Source: a virus. From it: a stretch of 64,000 nt of DNA. The position numbers and the translations under genes are program-made. Where the stretch lies: positions 88,403 through 152,402 of IMG/VR virus record IMGVR_UViG_3300035698_019747; one strand, written 5' to 3'. Positions 39,987-53,900 of the stretch are shown piece after piece. The notes below the pieces were generated by a model. The model had not been told where the DNA came from. It saw only the letters and a list, made by a program, of their open reading frames with translations, and ran no database searches. Each line of letters starts with the position of its first letter. Within the stretch, counting starts at the first letter, position 1.

Positions 39987-40161
39987 ATAAAAATATAATG
40001 AAATTATTTGATGAAATTGTTAATGAACTATCAGAAACCAATAAGTGGTTAGATTCTACTTATAAAAACAGTAAGTATTATAGAGACTATATAGATAAAG
40101 TGTGTAGTGATCTTAAAGTAACAACAACTAAAAATAAATGATAATATAAAAACTGGAAATT

Positions 40162-40416
40162 ATGAAAAAATTAAAAATGTTAACAATATTCTTACTAGGA
40201 TATTTATTATTAAGCTCATGTGCAGGTGATGCGCTAGAAGTATCTAATATAGGTGACTATACGGTAGATGAACTATTCACTAAAAATGGATGCACGATGT
40301 ATAGATTCAGTGATGCAGGGAGGTATATATATTGGTCTGATTGTTCAGGTAAAACTCAATACAGTTCTACTAATAATAATATCACTACATGTGTTGAAAG
40401 TTTAACAACTTTATAG
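40162..40416 (+). CDS. small lipoprotein (DUF4884-like)
   Basis: LSSC lipobox; V..LF...GC..YRF.D.G.Y.Y pattern. Confidence 0.65.
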   Translation: MKKLKMLTIFLLGYLLLSSCAGDALEVSNIGDYTVDELFTKNGCTMYRFSDAGRYIYWSDCSGKTQYSSTNNNITTCVESLTTL

Positions 40417-40426
40417 AATATAACTT

Positions 40427-41143
40427 ATGGATAATAAACCAAAATATTTAGTAAGACCAACTGACTCTCAAATATTTGACCTAGATCAAAGTAATGGGTG
40501 CTATAGATTATGGAACAAACCCCAAATTACTTACAGTGATGGCACAAGAGCGTCAGCAATGCTGCATTTCACATTAGAGAACTTAACATCAGGGTATGGC
40601 TTCTTTCCAATAGAAGAAAGTGAAATTGATAAATATCTAAAAAAGAGTGAACAATACCTAAATTATATTAATTGGTACAATCGTTCCGATGGACATGGTA
40701 GTATAAAGGGCGGCTCTTATGAAAAATACTTAGCATATAAAGCAAAAACAAATAAGTATAAAATTAAACAACCTCTAGAAATACCTATTAATATTTGGGA
40801 TGATTTTTATGATGATGGGTATGTCCCAGAAGGTGGGAAAACTGAGTCATATATTTATGTTGAGGATAGCAATATATCACATGGAAAAAGGAAAGAGTGT
40901 CTAGAGTTACTTAAAAATTATATTACTGATAATTTAGATGTAAGTGGTGTTAATATGTGGATGGAATTCTTCGTATCTAAAAATAAGTATCCTGAATTAG
41001 ATGCTGAGAAAATAGGGTTCGATAGATGGGAGATAAGATTGGAAAATGTAACACATAAAATGTTATATAAATGGTTACAAGATTTAAAACATTCTGGATT
41101 AACTATTGATAATATCCCATTTGTTATTTACTCAGAATCATAA
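40427..41143 (+). CDS. hypothetical two-domain protein
   Basis: 238-aa ORF. Confidence 0.65.
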   Translation: MDNKPKYLVRPTDSQIFDLDQSNGCYRLWNKPQITYSDGTRASAMLHFTLENLTSGYGFFPIEESEIDKYLKKSEQYLNYINWYNRSDGHGSIKGGSYEKYLAYKAKTNKYKIKQPLEIPINIWDDFYDDGYVPEGGKTESYIYVEDSNISHGKRKECLELLKNYITDNLDVSGVNMWMEFFVSKNKYPELDAEKIGFDRWEIRLENVTHKMLYKWLQDLKHSGLTIDNIPFVIYSES

Positions 41144-41152
41144 ATATTTAAA

Positions 41153-41551
41153 ATGTATAATTATAATTTACATAATACATCAATTAATAAACCTAAAAAA
41201 TTACTTATATATGCCTTTTTAACCAAACCGAAAGTAATAAATACATATTCTTATATTGGCGATCTTCACTTATCAAAATATATACCAATGCCCTTTTTTA
41301 AGTTTAATAAATACTCATATGGGTTTCATAGGTTTTATAAGAACCGAGAAGCCTTATATAAAAATGAAAAATATTTAGGAAAATCTGAAAATATATATTT
41401 TGCATTTTGTGAATGCCCCAATGAAATTAATGTTACAGAAGAACCAGGTAGTGGAACAGGGGTGGTTATTATAAATGGTAAAATGTTCAATAAGATATTA
41501 GTCAAAAGAATATTAAGTGAAAAAATAGAAGATATTTATAAAATAAAATAA
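41153..41551 (+). CDS. hypothetical protein
   Basis: 132-aa ORF. Confidence 0.5.
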   Translation: MYNYNLHNTSINKPKKLLIYAFLTKPKVINTYSYIGDLHLSKYIPMPFFKFNKYSYGFHRFYKNREALYKNEKYLGKSENIYFAFCECPNEINVTEEPGSGTGVVIINGKMFNKILVKRILSEKIEDIYKIK

Positions 41552-41558
41552 GAAACCA

Positions 41559-42116
41559 TTAACTTCTTTTGGATAATTTAGTATCCTTAATCATATAATT
41601 AGGTATGTTACCCTTGACTCTGAGACCACTACCATACACTAAACTATCACCTAATGTGATACCCACTAAATTACCAATTGCCCTTCTTTTATTAAATAAT
41701 TGGTCTTTATCTGGTTTTAAATTACTTATAGCTATTTCTATTTTAACCACCTTTGTATCAGTAAATGGACTCCCAATCCTACCAAAAGTTTTGGCACTAT
41801 CTTCATAAGCAGATAAATAGACATAACCAACTTCTGATTGAATAGATTTTTTAGTGCTTTTTTTAGTGGTTAATAAACCATCATCCTCTAAATTCACATC
41901 ACTTGATGTTCCATGATATAAATATACTAAATTGCCTTTATTATCTCTTAGGAATTTATTGACTTTTTTAACCTTGATAGAATCATCAATATCTAAATAT
42001 ATAATAGTCAATAATTCTTTCGTGACATTAATGGGCACTTGGTAAAACCCCAATGTTACGTTATTTACGAATGCCGCCTCTTTTATAAAACTAGTATAAT
42101 TGTGTATTTTACCCAT
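41559..42116 (-). CDS. ADP-ribosyltransferase-like late protein
   Basis: LYHGTS...GL...VYLS...A..F motif; MGKIHNYTSFIKE N-terminus; starts 4 nt after TTAATATATA. Confidence 0.6.
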   Translation of the reverse strand: MGKIHNYTSFIKEAAFVNNVTLGFYQVPINVTKELLTIIYLDIDDSIKVKKVNKFLRDNKGNLVYLYHGTSSDVNLEDDGLLTTKKSTKKSIQSEVGYVYLSAYEDSAKTFGRIGSPFTDTKVVKIEIAISNLKPDKDQLFNKRRAIGNLVGITLGDSLVYGSGLRVKGNIPNYMIKDTKLSKRS

Positions 42117-42193
42117 GTCTTATATATTAAATTTGGTATTGTAGATTATAATTAGTATATTTGCAATCTAATTTAATAAAAACACAATTAACT

Positions 42194-43099
42194 ATGAAAC
42201 GATTATTCACAATTTTATTTTTTCTCGTAATGAGTATCGGCAATGCACAAGTAGATACCTTGTTTGTATATGGTAGTGATACTACTATAGTTGAAGATAC
42301 TAACCCACATTTAACATATGTTGATAATTTAGTATCTGATACACTTCTAGATACTAATATCTTATCTGAAACACTATGTTTGTTTTCAACGAAGCCATCA
42401 TCAACCCTCAATTTTTTAAACTTTTGGTCAATTGAAAGAAATGGTGATTCATTAATTGTTATTAATCGTTATTGGAATGGTGCAACTGATACCAGTTCTG
42501 TAAGTAAAACATATAACTTTGACACATTAACAAATAACCTAATTATCAATTTTTACATTGATAATCTGTGCACTGGGAGATTTAGAGAGGGGGATTCTAT
42601 AAAAATGAAAGTTTTTGAATTGAATTCAGCATCAAATGAGATTTTAATAGACTCTGTTAACATTGTAGCACCCCCTAACATGATTAATACATTAATACCA
42701 TCTGATTCTCTTAGATTTACAATAAATGATGGTGATGTTTTTCATATAAGGGTCGCTTCTGCTATCGAGGTAGTTGATGATTTTGGGGTAGGTATAAATA
42801 CAATTATGTTAACTGATGATAACTTATTTAGAACGGTGAATAATATATCAACCAAGGAACTCTCTAAAGTTTCTGAAGTTAACGTTTACCCTAACCCATT
42901 TAAAGATATTATCACTTTTGATATCAACACTAATATCATTGATCATACTTTCAAAGTAGTTAATATTTATGGACAAATTTTATCACAAGGGGATATTGAA
43001 AACAATCGCGTGAACTTATCAAATTTACCATCAGGTACATATATTCTCATAGTAAGTGGACTTGAACACAACTTCACGAAACAGGTTGTGAAATATTAA
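42194..43099 (+). CDS. secreted protein with type IX secretion (type A) C-terminal sorting domain
   Basis: Sec signal MKRLFTILFFLVMSIGNAQ; C-terminal VYPNPF...NIYGQ...NLSNLPSGTYIL...KQVVKY. Confidence 0.88.
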   Translation: MKRLFTILFFLVMSIGNAQVDTLFVYGSDTTIVEDTNPHLTYVDNLVSDTLLDTNILSETLCLFSTKPSSTLNFLNFWSIERNGDSLIVINRYWNGATDTSSVSKTYNFDTLTNNLIINFYIDNLCTGRFREGDSIKMKVFELNSASNEILIDSVNIVAPPNMINTLIPSDSLRFTINDGDVFHIRVASAIEVVDDFGVGINTIMLTDDNLFRTVNNISTKELSKVSEVNVYPNPFKDIITFDINTNIIDHTFKVVNIYGQILSQGDIENNRVNLSNLPSGTYILIVSGLEHNFTKQVVKY

Positions 43100-43158
43100 A
43101 CACATTTTATAAAAATAGTATATATTATGCTATTTTTATTTTTTTATATCAATGTTAA

Positions 43159-43169
43159 GTTCTTTGAAA
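43159..43169 (+). promoter_or_regulatory. boxA-like antitermination element in the CRISPR leader
   Basis: GTTCTTTGAAA versus boxA consensus GYTCTTTAANA, 22 nt before repeat 1. Confidence 0.45.
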
Positions 43170-43191
43170 TCATATACTTATATAAGCCTCT

Positions 43192-44943
43192 ACTGTTTAT
43201 CACATTGTTCTGCAAGGGAATCACAACCCCGACTTGCTCAGGCAGAACAGCAATAATACTGTTTATCACATTGTTCTGCAAGGGAATCACAACTATTATG
43301 TTGTTATTGCTTCAAGTTCAGATACTGTTTATCACATTGTTCTGCAAGGGAATCACAACTAGTCAGACTTGTAGGGCAACACAATTAATACTGTTTATCA
43401 CATTGTTCTGCAAGGGAATCACAACAGATGAATGTCATCGTACCCAGTCAGGCAAACTGTTTATCACATTGTTCTGCAAGGGAATCACAACAGTGGGGAT
43501 TCATCTTCCATCCAAGACTTACTGTTTATCACATTGTTCTGCAAGGGAATCACAACTAGTTTAAGAGCCAATAATAAAGAAGATAGACTGTTTATCACAT
43601 TGTTCTGCAAGGGAATCACAACATGTTCAATTCAGAGAGTGCTTGTCTAACTACTGTTTATCACATTGTTCTGCAAGGGAATCACAACTGCCTGATGATG
43701 ATAACATCATACCAGTTCACTGTTTATCACATTGTTCTGCAAGGGAATCACAACTCTACCTTACATTGGAAGAATTAAAAAAAAACTGTTTATCACATTG
43801 TTCTGCAAGGGAATCACAACGTATTATAGTGTCGCCTGTTTATTTTGTTTACTGTTTATCACATTGTTCTGCAAGGGAATCACAACTAATAGAAACCTTG
43901 GGTAGATTCGTTAAGAACTGTTTATCACATTGTTCTGCAAGGGAATCACAACTAGAAATCGAACACACTTAGAACCTGATGAACTGTTTATCACATTGTT
44001 CTGCAAGGGAATCACAACGCTGTAAGTTTTCACCTGATTTAGTTGAAACTGTTTATCACATTGTTCTGCAAGGGAATCACAACGGATTTGCTTTCCTAAA
44101 GAACGGAATAGCAACTGTTTATCACATTGTTCTGCAAGGGAATCACAACGATGTTTCTGAACTGTGTTTATATATTCCCACTGTTTATCACATTGTTCTG
44201 CAAGGGAATCACAACGCTGTAGTTGAGGTGTAATTTTTGAAAATAACTGTTTATCACATTGTTCTGCAAGGGAATCACAACAAAGTGATTCATTTCTGAT
44301 AAGGTAAAAGCACTGTTTATCACATTGTTCTGCAAGGGAATCACAACACCCGCACGTTCATTGATAGTAGAATATTGACTGTTTATCACATTGTTCTGCA
44401 AGGGAATCACAACAGTCACTTTATTCACTTTGTAGTTTTCTACACTGTTTATCACATTGTTCTGCAAGGGAATCACAACTATCTACCCTATACTCGTCCA
44501 GAAAATGATACTGTTTATCACATTGTTCTGCAAGGGAATCACAACTAATGTAAAGGATTATGAAGAGATTACGAGATTGTTTATCACATTGTTCTGCAAG
44601 GGAATCACAACGAAAAATCATCTGACAATTTATAATTAACCACTGTTTATCACATTGTTCTGCAAGGGAATCACAACAACGGTTTGAATACCCCAACAAA
44701 ACTCGATACTGTTTATCACATTGTTCTACAAGGGAATCACAACATATAATACTGATCACAAACTACTTTAAGCACTGTTTATCACATTGTCCTGCAAGGG
44801 AATCACAACCGCTTCCATGCTATTAGTATATAACACAGTACTGTTTATCACATTGTTCCGAAAGGGAATCACAACTAATATTTAAATGATTGATTTTCCC
44901 TAAACACTGTTTATCACATTGTTCATATAGAGAAAATTACAAC
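43192..44943 (+). CRISPR. CRISPR array: 27 repeats (36 bp ACTGTTTATCACATTGTTCTGCAAGGGAATCACAAC), 26 spacers of 29-30 bp, no adjacent cas genes
   Basis: 66-bp periodicity; variant repeats cluster at the right end (last one degenerate), so the AT-rich leader is on the left. Confidence 0.98.
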
Positions 44944-44957
44944 GACTACAATAGCCA

Positions 44958-47900
44958 TTAATCACTCAATAAGTTATTATTTGAAGCTAGTGTTGCGTTA
45001 TTTGCAATGAATGTAGTACCAATAGTACTTTGGAATACTGATTCATCTACCACAATATTAGTATCCACAATATTAGTACCACCAATAAAATTAATATTAT
45101 CTGTCAATATGAAGTTTGAATCATCATAATCAATAGGTATAGAGGTGGCATAAAAAGGTATCTTAACCCTACTATCAACTACCCTAGTCTGAGTTTGATT
45201 AGCACTGCCCATATCAAATATATTCCACTGATACTCATTAGCCGTAATTGGATCGATATAATCCTTATAATTAAAGAATGGTATCTTATCTACCTCATAG
45301 TGCTTCATAGAGTAATATATAGGTGAATTTATATCATAAGTATTACTACTAGTTACACCAGTTGTGACGTTATTAAAATCTTTGGCGATAATTTTAACAG
45401 CATCTCTATATCCACCAAAGTTATTATACATAAAACTTCTCATAGTTAAACGCTGATCTATATTCTTACCAAAGTTGTTTATTTCACCACTTTTTCTACC
45501 ATCAAAGAAAGGAATAAAATCATTATCATATGAAGATATATATCCAGATGTAGAACTAGTTTCATATAATTCATTATAACCTTGACCAATTGTCAATTTA
45601 GGTAATTGAGTTGAACTGTAACTATATGTAGCTAAAATACTAATAGCGTTAGACCTATCATATGGGTTTATATAATTTATCTCATTCTTTTTCAATTCAG
45701 TATCTACCTCAACTAAATGATACCTATCTCTTGTCTTGAAAGTATTATGCCCAGATATTAAACTGCTACTTGCTCCATAGACATACATAAAGTTTTCATG
45801 TATAAACTGATCAGTAGCTACTTTAAATGTAACACCATCTGTACCAAACTCTCTTTTATATAAGCTATATGAACCAGAATTTAATATGTTAAATGTGGAT
45901 GGTCTATCAATATCACTATCGTTATTAGGTGACTTACTGAAATCAACATCATATAAAGTATTGAACTTTTTATATTTTGAGCCAAGTTCTAAACTATAAT
46001 CGATAAAACTATTTATATCATCTGGCTTAGTTACATATTTAAACCTACTCTTAGATGATAGTATATCATAACTTATATAACCAGCAGGGATATTGTACAT
46101 CTCAGTAGCAGTAGTACTTATTATAGATTTTCCAGATATGTGACTATCTACTATATTTTGGTTAAATAAACTACTAAAGTATTCAGGTTCATAAACGATA
46201 TCCATATCACTATTATAAATATACTGAACCACATTTCCTGAGGATGATATTGTACCACCTGTTCCCATTGATATGTTTTTATCACCATTCACACCCTGTA
46301 CTTCTAACTCAGTAGGACTGGTCATATCAAATGTAGTTAATGTAACATCATCAAAAAATCTCATATCTTGAATAACCCCTGAATGATATAAATCATTATA
46401 TTTCTCACCAAATTGTGGGGATATACTACTCGCATTTGAACTACGTGTATCAAAAGCACTCGCAATAGTATATTTTTTACTGATATATTTACCACCCTCA
46501 AACCTAGCCTGAATTATATGAGTATTTTCTATCTCAGTAGTTTTTCTATTACCCCTAATATAGGCATTATTCATAACCCCTTCAAAATAACCATTTAAAA
46601 ATGCACCATTTAACCAAATGTTTTTGGTAACATATATTAAGTGACGGTCACTATCTATTTCAATATTATCAATAGGGAAACTCTCTGTGTATTCTAATAC
46701 AATTCTATTGTTCTGTGGGACACGTTTAACTGAAAATACATCCTTAATTAGCTTTCTATCACCATTGATATCAATAGCAATTATATTACCAACTGTTACT
46801 TGGTCACCAACTTTTAGTTTGTTATAAGAATCACTAGAAGTCCCCTCAATATTGAAAGCACTCTCTAATACTATCTCCCATATATTCGCAGCTATTTTAA
46901 ATGATCTCTGTACATTATTGAAATGTATAACTGGTTCAGTTCTATATTTAGTCTTAACATTATCTGTATATAATGAATTTACCTGTACACTTGCAGTATT
47001 ACCACTCCCATAAGTAAATATTGTAATATTATTAGCATTATCATCTTCAATAAATGTACCCAAATCAGTACCTCTATATCCATTATTCCAAACCCCATTC
47101 TCAAAAATTCCCTTCATAAATGCCCCATTTCCAAATTGAGTATAAACACCACTCACATCTTGATAATCAGAAGGAACACTAACTGTCACATAACTATATG
47201 CGATACTATTATAACTCTCTTCTACATCTATTATATTACTATATGTTCCACCCACACTTGCTGTACCAATAGTTGAATTTAAATAATCACCACTCCAATT
47301 ATTCTTAATATGACCACCTAATGTATTATTATCAGTTTTGTAATTAACATCTACTGTCGCCTCATTAACATTTAATTGATATATATCAGTGAAATCATCC
47401 CCATTACTTGTGCCTGTAAATTCAACCTTTAAAACATATTCTAGGTTAACATCCACTTTAAAAGTATTTGTGACTGTTTGGTTATATGAGCTACTGTTTG
47501 CATTAAATAATAAATTATTACTAGATGTTCTAACACTATTAGTATATATATCATACTTAACTCTTAACACATAATTAGAAAGTGCAGCTGAAGGCTTCCA
47601 TTTTGAACTATTACTACTTGATAGTATCAATTGATACGTACCAGAACTATATTTCTTAACATCTGTTAATAATAGGTTAAAGTTATATGGGGATCTAACT
47701 TGATTGATATTTAAATTATCAGATATAAAAGTTAAATCATATCTATTACTAGCAGTTGCACTATTTACTAATGATGCTCTATATTCTTCAATAGGTGAAT
47801 TAATAATCACATTATCAAAATCTGAACCTAAGTCATGTCCAATAAAATCATAACCTGTTATTGAACTACTACCCTCTAATAAGTTCCAAACATATAATCT

Positions 47901-50900
47901 ATCGTCTTGTAAACGAGAAGCATTATTTGATAAAATGTCAGTTACAAAAGGTGTATACATATAATCACTAAAATAATCACTAATATATTCAAATGGATTT
48001 GGTGTAGAATCATTATTATAAACATTTGATATTGTGAAATTAGCACCATACCAGTTACCATTTCTAAATCTACCATTTTCCCAAATAACTGAAAATGCTG
48101 ATATATAGTTAGCGATTCCTTTTTTAAATTTAGAACCAATCATTGTACCATTATTAAACACTCCATTATTCCAATCTGAGTAGAAGAACATACCATTATT
48201 AAACACCCCATTTTCCCAAACAGTGTTTGTAGTATTTCTATCAAATTCAAAATTCATAGATGATAAATCACCAAGTTCAAAATCACCTCTTTTTACATAT
48301 GGGTTAAATATAGAGTTATCAAAGCTACCATTACTAAATGTACCTGATAACCACACACTCTGATCAAAAACACCATCAGAATCGTTATATGAACCATTCA
48401 ACCACAGTACTTTACTAAACTTAGAACCCCTCGATACTTGTCTACCATATTTATCTTGGTTAAAGAAACCAATTTGTAAATTTTCCACTGCTACTGAGCT
48501 ATCTAAATTACTTATACTAGGTGATACCTCACCATCTACCCACAAACCGAACCAATTATTATTAGAAGTAGTTTTCTTATAACCTAATTGACTTGAAGAC
48601 TGTGTAGCGACTAACCCCACTTCTATATCACTTATATAATTATCGATTGTTAGTTGGGCATTAAATCCCTTATAAATATTAGTTAGGCTAGTCTGAGATT
48701 GAGTCATACCAGAACCATTAAATTCACCAGATATAAATACACCATTCTTCCATACTTTACCGTAGAACTTACCCCCATTAAATGTACCTGTTTTCCATGA
48801 GGGATTAGCGTTACCGACATTTTTACTATCTCCAAATTCACCCCTATTAAATACCCCATCTTCCCAAGCATATAATGAAGTATATGTGTGATTAGTTCCA
48901 GATATAGTTGCTCCTATAAATATACTCTGGGTCACATAGGTTGAACCATCATATACTTTAGACACTTGTGTATCTTGTATGAATATTTGAGCACCAATTA
49001 CGTTTGATTTTTTAAGAGGGTGTTCTTTTGTTTTATCAACATTTTCAATATCTATTGGTTTAAGTTGAATATATAAATCACTAATATCACCATCAGTAAA
49101 CTCCTTTATTATCCTTTCCCCGAACCCATGTGCAGATCCATTATCACTAAATGTATCTACTACCGAACTTTCAGTACTGGGGAATAAATATTTAACCTGA
49201 CCATCATTAGTATCAAGTACTAACGTCCCAATGTTATTAAAACTATTATCACCATATATATCACGGAAAGATGATATAGTATTATTATTTAAAAAAGAAT
49301 CATATACGTTATTGCCATAATCAAAAACTAATTCTTCACCACTTTGGGTACCTGCAATACTAGAAAAATCATATTCCCCCCATATTATACCTAAATGTCT
49401 ACCATAAGTAGATGCAAAAATACCATTATTAAATATACCATTTTTCCATATAACTGATCCAATAATCTTCCCATTATTAAATGTACCATTTTCCCATATA
49501 GTCACATGATTATTTATAGAGCTGAATATACCACTATCAAATGTACCATTTTTCCACACGATATTTCCTGTATTCACATACTTATTGGTAGTTAAAATAT
49601 AATCACTTGCATATATACTATTCACTGTGGATAATTGATCTGAATTATCGCCAAAGACACCATTTCTAAAAGTACCATCTTTCCACACACCATTTCTAAA
49701 TACATTATTTATATTAGAAGAGGTGATATCACCAAATACTCCACCATCCCATACACCACCTAGAAATTCACTATTGCTAAACTGACCACCACTATGCGTT
49801 CCAGATAACCAAACAGATTTACCTATATATCCATCAGTAAACGTACCATCATGCCAAGCAGGTATTATTGCCTTATTACCTACTGTATAGAAAATATTAT
49901 TAATTGGTATTAAGTTATCTTCTGTATCATATTTACCATTAATAAATTTACCTGAGATATGGTTTCCACTTAAAACAGCAGACCTTTCAATATATGAATT
50001 AATAATATTAACATTCTGAAATGTTTGTTTATATGCGTTACCAGTGAAATTCATATTAGAGGTTGTCACATAATCACCTGTTAAGTGACCATGTAATAGG
50101 TGACCATTATATATCTCCACATTATCATTAATACTTATCTCAGATCGAATAAGTGATAACCTTCTAAGGTTTTTATGGTTCAAATCATTTAAACTAAACC
50201 CTTGGTTATTTACTTCTACATTTTTAAAGGATTGGTTTTTAAAGACACCACCATTTACCTTTAATGTATTATTTATTCCATCAATTCTATTACTGTTCAA
50301 AAAGGTCTTATCACTTATTAAGTTAACAAAACTCTGACTATATGTGAAATTTAAATTATATGGAATTAATTCATTTGATGCTCCTATGTGATAGTTACCA
50401 CTTATATCATTTGATAAAGTAGTATCCCATGTATTATTTAACCAATATACCTCATCCGTTTTTAATATTTCATTTAATAGTTCATAATTTCCATAGTTCA
50501 TACTAATTGACATCGTTCCTGATGTAGATGAACTAGCAGTTCCTGATAAAAATGTATTTGCTAATTGATCAGCATTAAATATAGAACCATTAACCCAAGT
50601 ACCACCATTTATCCAAGAGTTATTAAAGTGTCTTATTTGAATAGTAGAATCGCTATTTAAAGCAGTTATTTTAAGCGAATTGTCACTTTTAAGTGCATTA
50701 TTATATATAGAACTATCTGATCCATATTCAATAGTATCTGAAACAATTTCTAAATCTATTGAAAAATTTGATATAAAACTAGTATTATCAATGACAAGGT
50801 TTGAACCATCATATTTTATTGTAGTTTTTGTAGAATTTTCTAATTTATTTTTTCTAGTTATTATAACTTTGAAGCTAGTTTCCTTAAAATTATTACTCAC

Positions 50901-53900
50901 AATTTCATTAAAGTTTTCATAAACATCTTGATAAAACCCATCTACACCACTCATAACATAGAATAATTTATCTAATATATTTGTGTAATAAGGGCTACTA
51001 GTTTTAACTGAATTAAATATTACTTTATCTTTAAATTTTAATTTCATAAAGTCTTTTTCTGATATGAAGAATTTATGAATATGTATTATATCTTGATCAG
51101 ATACATTATTCCTGATATTATACCACTTATCATAGTCTAGTACTTTAATATCACCTTTATTCTCAACTATACCATTGGTCATTTTACTATCATAAACATC
51201 AGTGTTCACAATAGTAGTATTTTCATTTATATTTGAACTATAAATTTCAGATTCTTCAATAAATGTGTTATTTATTAAATTACTTCTAAATATTGAATTA
51301 TAAGCATGTAAGTTAGATATATCAATCTCACTATAACTATAAGTGCCTGAATTACTATAAATATTATTCAAAAGAGAACCCTCATCAGATCCTATTTGAG
51401 AATTAATAGCATTTGCATTTATAATAATTGCCTTTTCAATAACACTATCTATAATATAGTTATATCCATAACTAGCGTTATTATCCAAGTTCATTATAGT
51501 TGATACTCTATTACCTATCAATTCCGAATAATAGTTTTTACTTAAAATAATATCACTTTTTGAATCCATTTTACCAGACACCCACGTAGAATTATAAAAT
51601 ATACCATTTCTCCAATTAACATTATCTCCATCCCATATACCATTTGTGTCTTTATCCCCAAATATTCCATCATTAAATGTTGAATTATTAAAAGAACCCT
51701 GATTAACTTTAGCCTTTGTTAAATAAGCATTTTCATAACTTGAATCTTTAGACCATATTTTAGTAGTGTCATTAAACTTATATACTTTCCCCTTATCATA
51801 TGATATACCATCATATGATAAATCGTCCATTATTAACAATCTATTATTCTTGAAAATATCACTATTTAATGGTATATTATTATTATCTACATTAACAGTA
51901 TAATAAATATTATTAATTATATCAAAGCTATATTCAAACATGAAAATACCATTCTCAGTTGCTGCCCATATTCTGTTCACATCACCAATCTTTTCAAATA
52001 TTGTTTTCTTAACACTATTAGATGGTAAATCATCTCCAAAAATTGATGTAGTTGTTTTTAATTGAATACTAGTATAATTTTCTATAAATTTTTGTAAAAG
52101 GTAAATTCCATTATTAGTAGAACCCCCCAGTACATTAAACCTGGGAGAGCTATCACTAGAAGATATTGCCCATGTATTATCCTTTACACTTATATGAGAT
52201 GGACTTTCTACTTGATTTAACTCTTTATTAAATGTATATACCACATTATTTAAAACATTTAAGCTATAAATATAATCACCACTCATGCTTATAATAGGAT
52301 ATTTTCCATCTATAATATTAGAATTGGTTTCCATATCAAACGTTCTATCCTCACCTATATTACTAAGTTGTACCGGTGAATCTTGTGTTAGTTTTTTTAT
52401 TACTATATGTGCTTGTGGAAACCCATTTTGCATTTGGTTTAAAAATGTAGTATTATTAGCCAATAATTGGTGGTTAAAGTTAGCATATAAATAATATATA
52501 TTACCTGATGAAGATGTTATTAGATATTTTGAATAATATATACCACCATTTGATTGTATTATTTGTGAACCACCTGTATTTACAGCATATCCAATACCAA
52601 GACCCAAATTTATTTTCTCTGTTCCTAATAGCTTTATATCCGTAAAATTTAGAACTTCGTTATATGTTATATCTATAAAAGGGTTAAAACTAGTAGCCGC
52701 CCAAACACCACTTGTATATTTATCATATACCTCTTTAGATATACTAAAACCATTACCCATATATGATAAATCATTATTATAATCATACCAAGTTCCACTA
52801 TAACTATATAAATATATACCACCATATTCACTATCTGATGATGGATCAGTTGCAGAAAAGTTCCTGCCCAATATAGCTACCTCAATGTTATTTGATATAT
52901 CCTCAACATTCTCGAAATAATTAACATTAATACTAGAAGCCCTACCAATTCCATTGAAACTAGCATAACTGGGAACAATAAAACACTCATCATTACTTTT
53001 AGGAAAATGTAAATTGCTTAGTGGGTATGAGAGTGAGCCTTCGGAACTAGATAAAACGAAGTATGGACTAGTTAATGCATTACTATTATTATAACCCAGT
53101 GATGCTATACTAAAAGTTGCGCCCTCATTATTAGGCATTGGCATTTGATTAGAATTTGTTCTGTTATAAAAACCAATTGTTGAAAAGTTATCAGCGGTTA
53201 TTGGTTCATCAAATCCTACTATAAAAGTATCAGACATATCTACGCTATAGGTGAGTCCACTTTCTACAATAATACCTATATTATTCATATAGTTAAATTG
53301 ACCAGAAACATTACTTGGTAATTTAATAGTCGTATTTATACCTCGCCTGTTTCCCAGAAATCCTTTGAATATTGACCCAATAACATCATTCTGATCAGTA
53401 TCAGTTAATGGAGTAGATATATTTGCTAAGGTTCTTTTATTAAATTCCCATATATTAGTTGGTTGATCTTCAGCATTTGCAGTAATAGCATAAATAAAAT
53501 CATTAGTACTATTATAAATATGCTCAATGTCAGTAATATAATCACCATTACTATTACCAATAGTAGTACTTCCAGTATTACCATTAGTTCCTGATATAGA
53601 ATAAACATCAACTTCGGCTAACTTAAATTTAAGCGCACTACTAGAAAAAACTTGTCCTCTATTTACACTAAATGTGAGCCCAGGGGCTTGATCATAATAA
53701 GACTTAAAGAACTTCCCATTTGTGTTATTTTCAATAGTATGTGGCATATTCTCAATCGTAGAAAATAAGATATTGTTATTATTAGTACTGTATTTGTAAC
53801 CAGATTTTTCTGATAAGTTATAATTATTACTAGTGTTTTCATATCTAAATTTAGATAAACTATCCACTAAATATACCTTAGTATAATCCTCATAATCACC

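Noticed and set aside
43127-44759. Several ORFs with repeating peptides (LFITLFCKGITT, CLSHCSARESQ, VVIPLQNNVINS)
   Set aside because: Translations of the 66-bp CRISPR repeat-spacer units, not genes.
43228-44905. Self-targeting spacers
   Set aside because: No protospacer noticed in this window by eye (only an 8-nt CCCGACTT coincidence at 18734); a computational search is still needed.
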